This document shows, in pieces, positions 17,592 through 27,679 of a DNA stretch of 64,000 bases. Positions within the stretch are counted from its first letter, which is position 1. The number at the start of each line of letters is the position of its first letter. The position numbers and the translations under genes were made by a program. The DNA lies in the IMG/VR virus record IMGVR_UViG_3300045988_160394, positions 64,001 through 128,000 of that record; one strand, 5' to 3'. Under the pieces are notes generated by a model that saw only the letters and a list, made by a program, of their open reading frames with translations, was not told the DNA's origin and did no database searches. Origin of the DNA: a virus.

Positions 17592-18692
17592 GTGGTTAAG
17601 ATTAATAAGATGAGTCTAGAAATAGGAGACGTATTAGAAAAAATAATACCATTCTATGAAACTGATTTCGGCAATATGATTAATGCTAGAGAACTTCATG
17701 AAGCTTTAGGTGTTAAGAAGAAATATACTGATTGGATTAAATATTATACCAAAACATATAGTGGTTACAATTTTGGTACAAGTTCTGATTTACCTGAAAT
17801 AGTAGAAGAATATGATTATTTCTTATATGAAATACCTGCTGCTCAAAAGAAAGGTAAGAAAATAGAATACATGATTAGTATAGACATGGGTAAAGAATTA
17901 GCTATGATGTCTAGATGTGAAATGGGATCTGAAATAAGAAAATATTTTATTAATGCAGAAAAAGCATTAAGAAAAATGACTAATACTTTAGTAGATTCAG
18001 ATTTATCAGCAGAACAAAAGATAGCAGAAGCGTTAATACTTTCTCAACAAATACTAAATAAAACAACTCTTGATATTAAAAAAGCTAATAGAAATAGAGA
18101 TTATAACAAAAAAGTGAATGTTAAATTAAGAAGAGAAATTAAATCTCTTAAGAGAGAAATTAATGAACTTCTTGAAAATAAAGAAAATAATAATGGAACA
18201 ACTGTTGACAATTCTGATATAATAGAAGAAATGAATTATATGGAAGGTAATTTAGAAAGATTAGAAGAAGAAAATCTAAGATTAAAAACAAGATTAAACA
18301 ATATAATCAGTTTCAAAATTACTGGAAAGGCATTACTAGATTCTTTAGCTAATGCTGATATAACAAGAAGACAGAAGTTTGCATTTAATGAAGAAGGCAA
18401 AAAGAAAGCTAAAATAAAAGCATATGTATTTAGAAAAGATAGCATATTAAAATCAGGAATAGTAATTGGTGAAAATTCTAAAAAGAAATTCATTGATAAT
18501 ATTCATGTTAATGATATTCATATTGCTCTAAATAAATATGTAGAAGAATTAAAGAAGCTTGTTAGTGAAGAAGCTTTTGAAGAATATTTTGAAGCTATAG
18601 CTGACAGAGTTGCTGAGTATTCAAGAAGTGTAAGCATGGAAAAAGAAAATGATACAGAAACTTCTGATGAAAAAGAAGAAGTATTATTTTAA
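17592..18692 (+). CDS. AntA/AntB-type antirepressor-like protein with a coiled-coil C-terminal part
   Basis: The N-terminus ...INARELHEALGVKKKYTDWIKYY resembles the AntA domain. GTG start 10 nt after GGGGGAG. Confidence 0.5.
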   Translation: MVKINKMSLEIGDVLEKIIPFYETDFGNMINARELHEALGVKKKYTDWIKYYTKTYSGYNFGTSSDLPEIVEEYDYFLYEIPAAQKKGKKIEYMISIDMGKELAMMSRCEMGSEIRKYFINAEKALRKMTNTLVDSDLSAEQKIAEALILSQQILNKTTLDIKKANRNRDYNKKVNVKLRREIKSLKREINELLENKENNNGTTVDNSDIIEEMNYMEGNLERLEEENLRLKTRLNNIISFKITGKALLDSLANADITRRQKFAFNEEGKKKAKIKAYVFRKDSILKSGIVIGENSKKKFIDNIHVNDIHIALNKYVEELKKLVSEEAFEEYFEAIADRVAEYSRSVSMEKENDTETSDEKEEVLF

Positions 18693-18705
18693 AAGTTATT
18701 AACGA

Positions 18706-18728
18706 AGTAGGAAGAAACCTACTTTTTG
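18706..18728 (+). terminator. rho-independent terminator
   Basis: AGTAGG-AAGAAA-CCTACT followed by TTTTT. Confidence 0.6.
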
Positions 18729-18766
18729 TTTCTTCTTACTTTTTATATATATAAAGAGGTGAAAAA

Positions 18767-19093
18767 ATGTATACAGATACTCAACAGGCTATAAGAAATT
18801 CTCTATGGAACTTTATGGGCTCGTTATTAACTGCATCAATGTATGAAGATAAAAGAAATAAGGAAAGTGTAACAGCTGTCTTTTCTGAAGAGCTATGTAA
18901 GTTTTGTAAAGATGAGAATGACAAAATAGACATATTAGCAGCTAAACCTATTTTAAAATCATCTATATGGGTGTTGCAAAATAGAAAGGCAGAAATAGAA
19001 TCTCTACCTGTAAAATCAGAAGCTATTAATAAGACAATAGAAGAACTGGATAATTTAATAGCCTCTTTAGATATGTATGTTAATAAAATATAA
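18767..19093 (+). CDS. hypothetical protein
   Basis: ORF track. AGAGGTGA RBS. Confidence 0.55.
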   Translation: MYTDTQQAIRNSLWNFMGSLLTASMYEDKRNKESVTAVFSEELCKFCKDENDKIDILAAKPILKSSIWVLQNRKAEIESLPVKSEAINKTIEELDNLIASLDMYVNKI

Positions 19094-19128
19094 CATGGAT
19101 ATTATAAGATTATAGGAGGAGTAATTGT

Positions 19129-19773
19129 ATGACAATGAGTTTAGCAGAGAAAAGAAAGAAAATGTCCCAAATGATGGGGAAAATAAATGATAAGGTAGGT
19201 AAACAAGTAATAGGATTTGCATCAGATCCTGTTATGAAAGATAGATTAACTATCCAATGGATACCTATGCCATCATTAAGAGTTAATGAAGTAACTGGTG
19301 GTGGAATACCTAAAGGTAAGATAAGTGTTGTAGCTGGTGATTCAGATTCAGGTAAAACATCTTTAATGTTAGAAACTATAGGGTTAAACATGAAGAATAA
19401 TCCTGACTTTATGGCTTTATGGTTAGAATCAGAAGAATCTCTAGAGTTAGAAGCTTTAGAAAATGTTTTTGGTATTGATTTAGATAGATTCGTAGTAATA
19501 TATCTAGATAGAGATGGAGCAGCAGAAGTAGCTTTAGATAGATTAGAAGCTGCTTTAGGTATGGGTGTATTCGATATGTGTGTAATAAACTCATTAAAAT
19601 GTTTAACACCATCTACTGAATTTGAAAAAGCTATGGGTGAAGCTACTATAGGTATACAAGCTAGAATGAATGGTAAACTTATGAGAAAGATGACTACGTT
19701 AATAGCAGAACACGGTTGTGCTTTTGTATTAATAAACCATCTTACTACTGAGATAGGTAAAATGCATGGAGAT
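19129..19773 (+). CDS. recA: RecA/UvsX-like recombinase, exon 1
   Basis: Walker A GDSDSGKTS. Walker B CVINSLK. QARMNGKLMRKM. Ends ...EIGKMHGD before intron sequence. Confidence 0.8.
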
Positions 19774-20931
19774 TTTGCGTTAGCTGGATAATTAGTGATA
19801 TCTCATATAATAAGATATGAGGTGATAAAATTGAGATATAAATGGACTCAAAAAAAAGTAGATTTATTAAAAAAATATTATGAAGAAGGTTTAAGTAATA
19901 AAGAAATAGCTAATAAAATGGGTACTACTGTTCATAGTGTTTCTGGGAAAGCTAAAGAACTTAAATTGAGAAAAAATTTATCAAAAGTATATAATTTATT
20001 AACTGATAAAGAAAAAGAATATATAAAAGCCAATAGTTTAAAAAAATCTATCACTCAGATAGCAAAAGATCTGAATAGAGATAAAGAAACAATAAATAAG
20101 TATATTAAACAAAATAATTTAGTTACAAAATTTAATTTATTTGATCATTTAATGACTAATGAGGAATTTGTTAAAGATTTTAAAAATCCTTCATTATCAC
20201 ATGCTTTTTTAGGTAGAAAATATAATGTTACTGATTGAGTTATAAGAAAATGAAGGTTAGCAAACATAGGTAATTACAAACAAATGACAGATACTTATTT
20301 ATGTAAGTCAACTTCTGAATTAGAGGTTGAAAAAATATTAGAAGAATTAGATTTGGCTTATATTTATGAAAAGAAAATTCTTGATTGAAAAGTAGATTAT
20401 TACTTAGGCTTTAAAACTATAATAGAAGTTCAAGGTGATTACTGGCATAATCTTGATAAGGTAAAAGAAAAAGATAAACGTAAATTTAAAGAACTTCGAG
20501 ATAATGGATTTACTATTATAGAAATATGAGAAAGTGAATTATCAAATATAGATTTAATAAAAACTAAGATATTATCCAATTTTAGGGTCTCCCTTAAGGA
20601 GTAATTCTTAAGTAAAAAACTTGGTGAACTGTTTGCTTAACAGGTGTGCAATTAACGTTAAAGTAGCTATAGTAAATGATAGTTAATAATTGTGCTAACA
20701 GGGAACATTGCTAACGGCAATCCTGTGCCAAGACTTATTATCATGATAAGTAAGGTCAAGAGACTATCGAAAACAAATAATAAATATAACTCCTATAAGG
20801 AGAATAAGGTATTGTAGGATACACGAAGTGAGTAGAGTACGGTAGAGATAAGCACTACTGGAAGTGCCAAGTCCCTTATTAGTATTAAGGGTAAAGATAT
20901 AGTCCGACATCATAAAATAATTGTGATGTTG
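19774..20931 (+). mobile_element. group I intron interrupting the recA-like gene
   Basis: Exon 2 resumes at 20932, giving GD|PLVLAGGRAIRYSS. The 5' exon ends in T and the intron ends in G. AAGATATAGTCCGAC (20894-20908) matches the J8/7-P7 consensus of group I introns (Tetrahymena AAGATATAGTCGGAC). Confidence 0.8.
19831..20604 (+). CDS. intron-encoded homing endonuclease, N-terminal HTH plus C-terminal Vsr-like PD-(D/E)XK domain (four in-frame TGA codons)
   Basis: TGAs at 20236, 20251, 20386 and 20527. Read-through gives ...VDYYLGFKTIIEVQGDYWHNLDK...LRDNGFTIIEIWESEL, which resembles Vsr FVHGCFWH...VWECEL. The start is ambiguous (TTG 19831 after GAGGTGA, or GTG 19795). TAA stop at 20602-04. 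Confidence 0.65.
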
Positions 20932-21528
20932 CCATTAGTTTTAGCTGGAGGTAGAGCTATAAGATATTCTTCTATGCTTACTTTAGATATAAGAAAAAGA
21001 TCTATTCAAGAAGCAGATCCTGTATCTAGAGATGAAGGTATGAAGATAGGAGTTACTATAAATAAAAATCACTGTAGACAAGATAGAATGCCTTATTTAA
21101 AAACAGAATATTTCGTTGTTTATGGACAAGGTACAGAACGTTCTATAGAAATAATAGAATTAGCTGAAAAGTGTGGTATTCTAACTAAAAAAGGTTCTTG
21201 GTATAGAGAATATTCAGGAGAAACTGATAGTAAAGGAAATCCTATAGAAAGAATTTTATCAGATGGAACTAAAGCTGCTTGGAATGGTATGAAAAATACT
21301 AGAGCATATATCTTAAGTCATCCAGAATATTTTGATTATCTAGTAAATAAAGTTGAAAACTTTGGTCAAATAGATGTCGAAACTCTATCAGAAGAAGAAA
21401 TTCAAAGATTAGAAGAAGAACATAAGTTAGAAGAAGCTTCAGCTAGTGAACAAGATATAACTCTTGATGATATAATACAAGATCCTGATACAACTGAAAC
21501 AAAAAAATCTACTAAGAAAAAGAAATAA
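20932..21528 (+). CDS. recA: RecA/UvsX-like recombinase, exon 2
   Basis: PLVLAGGRAIRYSSMLTLDIRKRS matches RecA ..TTGGnALKFYaSvRldiRR. Acidic C-terminal tail. TAA stop. Confidence 0.8.
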   Translation, partial: PLVLAGGRAIRYSSMLTLDIRKRSIQEADPVSRDEGMKIGVTINKNHCRQDRMPYLKTEYFVVYGQGTERSIEIIELAEKCGILTKKGSWYREYSGETDSKGNPIERILSDGTKAAWNGMKNTRAYILSHPEYFDYLVNKVENFGQIDVETLSEEEIQRLEEEHKLEEASASEQDITLDDIIQDPDTTETKKSTKKKK

Positions 21529-21582
21529 TATATAGGTGGTTTAATAGCCACCTATTATAATTACTTTTAAGGAGGAGATAGT

Positions 21583-22233
21583 ATGAGTTGTGAATTTGGG
21601 TATACAGATTGTAAAAATGAAGGAAAAAGATGTGATTTGTGTTTTGATGCATCAAATTATGTCCCTGCTAAACCTAAAACTCAAGGACTAAGAAAGAGAA
21701 ATACAGAAAAAGCAACTGGTAGAATGGGAGAATATTTCGAAAGAAATAATAATAAGGCTGTTAAAAATAATATTCAATCAGTTGTAACTAGTATGACACC
21801 TAACTCAGGAGCGGGTAAGGTTAAAGGTGATCAACAGATCACTGGTATGATTAGGATAATGGAAGAATTAAAGACTCAAGATCCTCACCGTGCAAGAGGT
21901 CATAATCAATTTACTATTCAACGTAAATGGTTAGATAAATTAGATAGAGAAGCTCCTGTTGAAAATATGGAATTCTGGTATCTAAAGTTTGCTTTTTGTG
22001 ATACAGATAGTAATCATTATATAGTCTTTGACGCAGATCAAATGAGAGATATGGTTGCTACTTTAATACACGACAGAAAGAAAGTAAATGATGCTGATGC
22101 TAAAGTAAAAGTAGCAGATACTAGAAGAGTATTAGCAGAAGCAGAATCAACAAAACTATTTGCAGAAGTTGAATACTTAAAAGCTATTTTAAACAAAGAA
22201 GGAATTGAGTACGATGATTATTCAGGACACTAA
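21583..22233 (+). CDS. putative PD-(D/E)XK nuclease / Holliday-junction-resolvase-like protein
   Basis: The pattern GEYFE...TPNSGAGKVKGD...IMEELK resembles the Hjc-type E..SG..D..ExK arrangement. The gene sits between two RecA-like genes. Confidence 0.35.
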   Translation: MSCEFGYTDCKNEGKRCDLCFDASNYVPAKPKTQGLRKRNTEKATGRMGEYFERNNNKAVKNNIQSVVTSMTPNSGAGKVKGDQQITGMIRIMEELKTQDPHRARGHNQFTIQRKWLDKLDREAPVENMEFWYLKFAFCDTDSNHYIVFDADQMRDMVATLIHDRKKVNDADAKVKVADTRRVLAEAESTKLFAEVEYLKAILNKEGIEYDDYSGH

Positions 22234-22933
22234 TTTACAAGAAAAAATATCTAAATCTATTTTAAAATATGAAGAGGTTTTTGGAGGCAAATATAAGATG
22301 GAACAAAAATATTTGTTGACTGGGAATAGCGTTTTAAATGAAATGCTACATGGTGGTTATAAAAAAGGTACTAGCACTGAAATAAGTGGTATGAGTGATA
22401 CAGGTAAAACTTTTTTAGCTATTAAAGCTATATTAGAAGCTCAAAAAGAAAATAAGATGACTATTTATATAGATACTACTTTAAAATTAACAAATGATGT
22501 TCTAACTGATAATAATATAGATCCAGATGGTGTAATTATTATTAGATCAAATAAAGCTGATAGTTTAGGACCTACACTTAAATCTATAATTGAACCTTAT
22601 TCTGATGAAATAGGCTTAATAATTATAGATGATTTAGCAGGCTTAACAACTTCTTATGAACAAGAATCTTCTATTAAAAAGAATACTGATATTCATAGAA
22701 GCAAAGTTGTAAAATCTTTATTGATGAGAATAAGCAATCTTATTAGAAATACTGAAATAACTTGTTTAGTAATTAATCAAGAAAGAAGCAATTTTGATAA
22801 CGAAGATATAGAAGTAGTATCTTCTTTTGAAAAATGAATTCAAATGTGTTGTGACACTAGAATCAAGCTTGTTATTGATGAAGATGGAGATGCTTGTGTA
22901 GATGTTAAATTTAAAGAAAAGAGGTTAAAGTAA
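22214..22933 (+). CDS. RecA-superfamily ATPase paralogue (RadB/Sak4-like; one in-frame TGA)
   Basis: Walker A SGMSDTGKT. Walker B LIIIDDLAGL. TGA 22835-37 extends ORF 22205..22837 to TAA 22931-33 (...SSFEKWIQMCCDTRIKL...). Confidence 0.6.
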
Positions 22934-23145
22934 TGCCAGAAAAATATAGAGGTAGAAAATCTATAACCTTTGAAGTTTTAAGAAATATTTTAAGAATATC
23001 AGAAAATGACAACATAGAAATAATAGATGTAATTAGAACTGATGAAGATAGAACAAGAGATACTTTTTCAGTTCTTTTATCATCTAATGGGGAAACAGAA
23101 TACACTAAAAGAGTTAGAGAAGGTTGTAGGTTTCCTGAAGTTTAA
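22933..23145 (+). CDS. hypothetical protein
   Basis: The ATG overlaps the preceding TAA (TAATG). ORF track. Confidence 0.45.
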   Translation: MPEKYRGRKSITFEVLRNILRISENDNIEIIDVIRTDEDRTRDTFSVLLSSNGETEYTKRVREGCRFPEV

Positions 23146-23163
23146 TAAAAAGGGGGATTTTAT

Positions 23164-23760
23164 ATGTATCACAAAATATACTTTAAACATGGTACTATGT
23201 TCAGTGGTAAAAGCCTTAATTTAATTTCAACTGCTAAAACATATGAATATAACAAAAATAATGTTCTTATAATTAAACCTGTTAAAGACACTAGAGATCC
23301 TGGAGTAATTAAATCAAGAATGTCTAATGAAGAATTAGATTGTATAACTATAAAAGAATCTGATTGCAAGAATATTGTATCTATTATAGAATCTTATCCA
23401 AAGAAAATAGATGTTATTTTAATAGATGAAGTTCAATTCTTTCCTGTAGAAGGAATAGATGAACTTGTAAATGTATCTAAAATAGCACCAGTAATTTGTT
23501 ATGGATTAAAGACAAGCTATACAGGAGAATTATTCCCTTCAGTTGCAAAATTATTAGCTATTGCAGAAGACGTTCAAGAGATAAAAACTGTATGTAGACA
23601 TTGTAGCAAGAAAGCTACGCATAATCTTTTACTACGAAATTGTAAGCCAATTTATAATGGCGATATGATTAACGTAGAAGGAGAAAATGTTAATGAAGAA
23701 TATCAACAGGTTTGTAGATATCATTTCTATAATCCAGTGTTAGGAGCTAATAATGATTAA
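23164..23760 (+). CDS. tdk: thymidine kinase
   Basis: P-loop GTMFSGKS. LIDEVQFF. C-terminal zinc motif CRHC...CRYH. Confidence 0.9.
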   Translation: MYHKIYFKHGTMFSGKSLNLISTAKTYEYNKNNVLIIKPVKDTRDPGVIKSRMSNEELDCITIKESDCKNIVSIIESYPKKIDVILIDEVQFFPVEGIDELVNVSKIAPVICYGLKTSYTGELFPSVAKLLAIAEDVQEIKTVCRHCSKKATHNLLLRNCKPIYNGDMINVEGENVNEEYQQVCRYHFYNPVLGANND

Positions 23761-24013
23761 GATATATATAAGATATTTTGTTGATAAGAAATGTGTAGTA
23801 GATAAAATTACTCTAGAAGATAAAATATTGACAGAGTATGATATTAAAAAAGGTTGTATAGATTTTTCTCCATTTGAACCTTATTCAGGAGAAGAATGTC
23901 TTGTTATTAAAACATTTATGAAAGAAGACGGTTATATGGAAGTAAAAGAAGAAACTTTAAAGACAATTTACAAACAGAAAAATGGTATAAATTATTTATA
24001 TTTTAATAAATAG
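23753..24013 (+). CDS. hypothetical protein
   Basis: ORF track. Overlaps the tdk stop. Confidence 0.5.
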   Translation: MIKIYIRYFVDKKCVVDKITLEDKILTEYDIKKGCIDFSPFEPYSGEECLVIKTFMKEDGYMEVKEETLKTIYKQKNGINYLYFNK

Positions 24014-24021
24014 GAGGAATT

Positions 24022-24327
24022 ATGATGGAAATAGGAATGGATTTTAGCGAAGCTTTATTATGTTTAAAACAAGAAAAGAAAATGGCAAGATACAGTTGGA
24101 ATGGTAAAGGACAATGGGTTGTCATGATGCCAGGACTATATTTAGAAGCAGGATTATGTAATGGTAGGACTAGAAAACATTTAGGAGATAATGTGCCATT
24201 AGATTCTCAACCATACTTTGTTCTAAAAAATGCACAAGATAAATGGCAACCAGGATGGGTACCAAGTACTGGTGATTTGTTAGCAAATGATTGGTACGAA
24301 GTTAAAGGAGAGAATAATAATGATTAA
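24022..24327 (+). CDS. DUF2829-family protein (Tad2-like fold family)
   Basis: MDFSEALLCLKQEKKMARYSWNGKG matches the characteristic DUF2829 N-terminus (fgeAl.alk.Gkkv.R.gWng). Confidence 0.6.
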   Translation: MMEIGMDFSEALLCLKQEKKMARYSWNGKGQWVVMMPGLYLEAGLCNGRTRKHLGDNVPLDSQPYFVLKNAQDKWQPGWVPSTGDLLANDWYEVKGENNND

Positions 24328-24622
24328 AGATGAATTTAAGTCAAGTGATGTAATTAATAAACCTATTATTTTATGTGATTGTCCTGAATTAGAAAATACA
24401 ACTTTCAGAGTTGCACTAGGTGCAATTAAATCAAATAATAAAAAAGCAATTAAACTTCCTGAATGGGATGGCTGTTGGATATGGGATAACAACACAATTA
24501 TGATTTGTTGCCATGATGGAAGTAAATTAGATATTAGAAGAACAAATGATGTATATTATACCTTAACAAATATATGTAGAGAAGATTGGATGGTATACAG
24601 AATTGAAGAGGTGGATAAATAA
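24320..24622 (+). CDS. second, divergent DUF2829-like protein
   Basis: FRVALGAIKSNNKKAIKLPEWDG repeats the same motif pattern. ATG 24320 follows GGAGAG. Confidence 0.4.
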   Translation: MIKDEFKSSDVINKPIILCDCPELENTTFRVALGAIKSNNKKAIKLPEWDGCWIWDNNTIMICCHDGSKLDIRRTNDVYYTLTNICREDWMVYRIEEVDK

Positions 24623-25041
24623 TGAATGCTATAGATTTTAGTAAAAAAATAAAAGAAATGGATAAATCAAATAGATTATCTTTTCCAGGCATATATAGAC
24701 ACTTTAAAAAATTCAAAAATGGAGAAGAAATGCTTTATGTTCTTACTGCATGTTCTTGTCCTAGAGATAGTTTTAAAGAGTTCTTTGAAGCAGAACAATG
24801 TGATGAAGTTGAACATTTAAGATTTCATCATACAGAATTAGGACATGATATCGACATAGTAAGGTTTGGTAATAGATATTATCATGATTCTAAAGTAGAA
24901 GAAGAAATATTACCTATATATACAGCATTATATGGAGATAGAAAAACTTATGTAAGACCTTTATCAATGTTTTTATCTAAAACAGATAAAGAAAAATATC
25001 CAAAAGCTACTCAAGAATATAGATTAGAAAAAGTTAAATAA
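24622..25041 (+). CDS. DUF1653-family protein
   Basis: GIYRHFK....PIYTALYGDRKTYVRPLSMF matches the DUF1653 signature. Confidence 0.55.
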   Translation: MNAIDFSKKIKEMDKSNRLSFPGIYRHFKKFKNGEEMLYVLTACSCPRDSFKEFFEAEQCDEVEHLRFHHTELGHDIDIVRFGNRYYHDSKVEEEILPIYTALYGDRKTYVRPLSMFLSKTDKEKYPKATQEYRLEKVK

Positions 25042-25092
25042 CAGAATAGTTAATTGATAATATAGATAATTGGAATTAGGAGGAATAAAACC

Positions 25093-27285
25093 ATGAGAAC
25101 AATGTTATTATTTAGAGGAGCCCCAGGTTGTGGGAAATCTACTCTTATTAAAGAATTAGGAATAGAACCTTATACATTATCAGCTGATGATATAAGATTA
25201 TTATTACAATCACCTCAGCTTAATGTAGATGGAACTTATTCTATTTCACAAGATAGCGAAAGTAAGACTTGGGAAATATTATTCGAAGCATTAGAAAATA
25301 GAATGTCTAGAGGAGAGTTTGTTGCTATAGATGCTACTAACTCAAAAACATCTGATATGACAAGATATAGAGATTTAGCAGATCAATATAGATATAGAAT
25401 TTATATAAAAGATTTAACAGATCTTCCTATAGAAGAATGTAAAAGAAGAAATGCTAATAGATTACCTGAATATAAAAGAGTACCAGAAGAAGTTATTGAT
25501 AATCAATATGCTAGATTCGCTACTCAAGGTATTCCAGGAAGAATTAAAAAGCTAGTAACAGATGATATTATAAAAGAAATGTCATTTGATATTATAGATT
25601 TCTCAGATTATGAAGCAGTACATGTTATAGGTGATATTCATGGATGTTATTCTGCATTAAAACAACTTATGGATGAAATATGGAATGAAAATCATTTATA
25701 CATTTTTACTGGAGACTATCTAGATAGAGGTATAGAAAATGCAGAAACTTTAAATTTTATATTTGATTTATCTGAAAATAAGAATACAATATTCTTAGAG
25801 GGTAATCATGAATTAGGTTTAAGAAACTGGGCAAATGATTTACCTGTTAAATCTAGAGAATTTAATAAAAGAACATTACCTCAAATAGATGGTAGGGTTA
25901 GTAAAAAGAAAGCTAGAATGTTCTGTAGGAATTTAAGACAATTTGCTTACTTTAAATATGGAGAAAATGTTATATTGTGTACTCATGGAGGTGTTCCTTT
26001 AGTTCCAGATAAATTATTATTTTTTCCAACTAGAAACTTTATAAATGGTATAGGAACATATCAAGAAGCTTTAGATGTAGATATGGCTTTTGAAACAAAT
26101 ATGCCAGAAAACTATATTCAAATTCATGGACATAGAAATATGGATGATATCCCTATAAATTCTACAGGAACATGGAGAAGTTTTAACTTAGAAGGTCAAG
26201 TAGAATTAGGTGGAGAATTAAGAGCCGTGTCTTTCTTTAAAGAAAATAAAATAAAAACTCATGAAATAAAAAATGATGTTTTTAGAACATATGAAGCAGA
26301 TATTCCTGATAGAGTATATAAAGAAATGACAGATGAAATGATGTTTGACATTATGGATTCTAATGAAATGGTTACTAGAAAAACATTTAAGAATGGTATG
26401 TGTAGTTTTAACTTTAAACAAACTGTATTCCAAGGAAGATTATGGGATACAGCAACTGTTAAAGCAAGAGGACTATTTTTTGACGTTGAATCAAAGAAGA
26501 TAGTATTAAGAAGTTATGATAAATTCTTTAACATTGGGGAGAGAACAAATACAAAGATCCACAACTTAAGAAATAATTTAACCTTCCCAGTTAAAGAATT
26601 TTTAAAATATAATGGCTATTTAGGGTTAGTAGGACTTCATAATGATGAATTTGTATTCGCTTCTAAATCTTCTATTAAGAATGAACATTCTAAATGGTTA
26701 GAAGATATATTTATGTTAAGAACTACTGAAGAACAAAGAAAAGCTATAAAAGAATTTATAAAAGCTACAAATACAACATTTGTATTTGAAGTGATAGACC
26801 CAGAAAATGATCCGCACATTATAAAATATAAAGAAAAAGATATAATATTATTAGATATTGTATTAAATAAACCTATATTTGAAAAAGTTCCTTATGAATC
26901 AGCTATTATGCTTGCTAAAAAGTTTGGACTTAAATATAAAGAATTAGTTAATGAATTTGACAACTGCTTAGATTTTTATACTAATTATTTAGAAACTTTA
27001 AAACCAGATTATCTTTACAATAATAAAGAAATAGAAGGTTTTGTAATAGAAGATAGTGAAGGCTTTATGACTAAGTCAAAGCTAACTTTCTATAAACAAT
27101 GGAAAATGTTAAGGGATTTAGCTCATAGATATCTTAAATATGAGCATATTAAATCAACATCTGCTTTAACTACTCCAGAAATGAATTATTTCTATGGATG
27201 GTTAAAGGATCAACCAAAAGAAGAAGTAAAAGGCAAAGATATCATATCACTTAGAGATATGTTTTATAAAAATTTTAAAAAATAA
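25093..27285 (+). CDS. pnkp: trifunctional RNA repair enzyme: polynucleotide kinase, metallophosphatase, RNA ligase (bacterial Pnkp architecture)
   Basis: N-terminal P-loop GAPGCGKST. Central calcineurin-type motifs GDIHGC, GDYLDRG, GNHE. C-terminal nucleotidyltransferase domain with a KYNGY (KxxG-type) motif. Confidence 0.75.
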   Translation: MRTMLLFRGAPGCGKSTLIKELGIEPYTLSADDIRLLLQSPQLNVDGTYSISQDSESKTWEILFEALENRMSRGEFVAIDATNSKTSDMTRYRDLADQYRYRIYIKDLTDLPIEECKRRNANRLPEYKRVPEEVIDNQYARFATQGIPGRIKKLVTDDIIKEMSFDIIDFSDYEAVHVIGDIHGCYSALKQLMDEIWNENHLYIFTGDYLDRGIENAETLNFIFDLSENKNTIFLEGNHELGLRNWANDLPVKSREFNKRTLPQIDGRVSKKKARMFCRNLRQFAYFKYGENVILCTHGGVPLVPDKLLFFPTRNFINGIGTYQEALDVDMAFETNMPENYIQIHGHRNMDDIPINSTGTWRSFNLEGQVELGGELRAVSFFKENKIKTHEIKNDVFRTYEADIPDRVYKEMTDEMMFDIMDSNEMVTRKTFKNGMCSFNFKQTVFQGRLWDTATVKARGLFFDVESKKIVLRSYDKFFNIGERTNTKIHNLRNNLTFPVKEFLKYNGYLGLVGLHNDEFVFASKSSIKNEHSKWLEDIFMLRTTEEQRKAIKEFIKATNTTFVFEVIDPENDPHIIKYKEKDIILLDIVLNKPIFEKVPYESAIMLAKKFGLKYKELVNEFDNCLDFYTNYLETLKPDYLYNNKEIEGFVIEDSEGFMTKSKLTFYKQWKMLRDLAHRYLKYEHIKSTSALTTPEMNYFYGWLKDQPKEEVKGKDIISLRDMFYKNFKK

Positions 27286-27366
27286 TTCAAGACGAAATGG
27301 CAAGAGTCTTGCGTTAGTTATACGCTTTTATAAAAATAAAACATACCTCTAAGATAATATAGATTA

Positions 27367-27399
27367 CCCGTAGGCACCCCTTCCAGCCTACGGGATTTT
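27367..27399 (+). terminator. stem-loop / weak terminator
   Basis: CCCGTAGG-12 nt-CCTACGGG followed by ATTTTA. Confidence 0.45.
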
Positions 27400-27495
27400 A
27401 TATGCTGATAAGTATATTTATATAAATTGAATATAGCTATTAACATATAAAACTGGTTAATGCCATTGAAAACAATAGAAAGGAAGTGTTTTTTA

Positions 27496-27669
27496 ATGGA
27501 TAAAATCATAGATGAATTAATACAAAATTATAATCTATCAGATTATGAAGCCTTAGCTATTACAGGCGTAATAGGTATGGTTGCTACAAGTGATAGCAAT
27601 ATAAAAGAAGTATACAATAGATTTGATAATAACTTAAAACCGATTATAAATAAAATATTAAATAAATAG
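27496..27669 (+). CDS. hypothetical small protein
   Basis: ATG 27496 after GAAAGGAAG. In frame with ORF-track entry 27460... Confidence 0.45.
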   Translation: MDKIIDELIQNYNLSDYEALAITGVIGMVATSDSNIKEVYNRFDNNLKPIINKILNK

Positions 27670-27679
27670 GAGGATAAAA

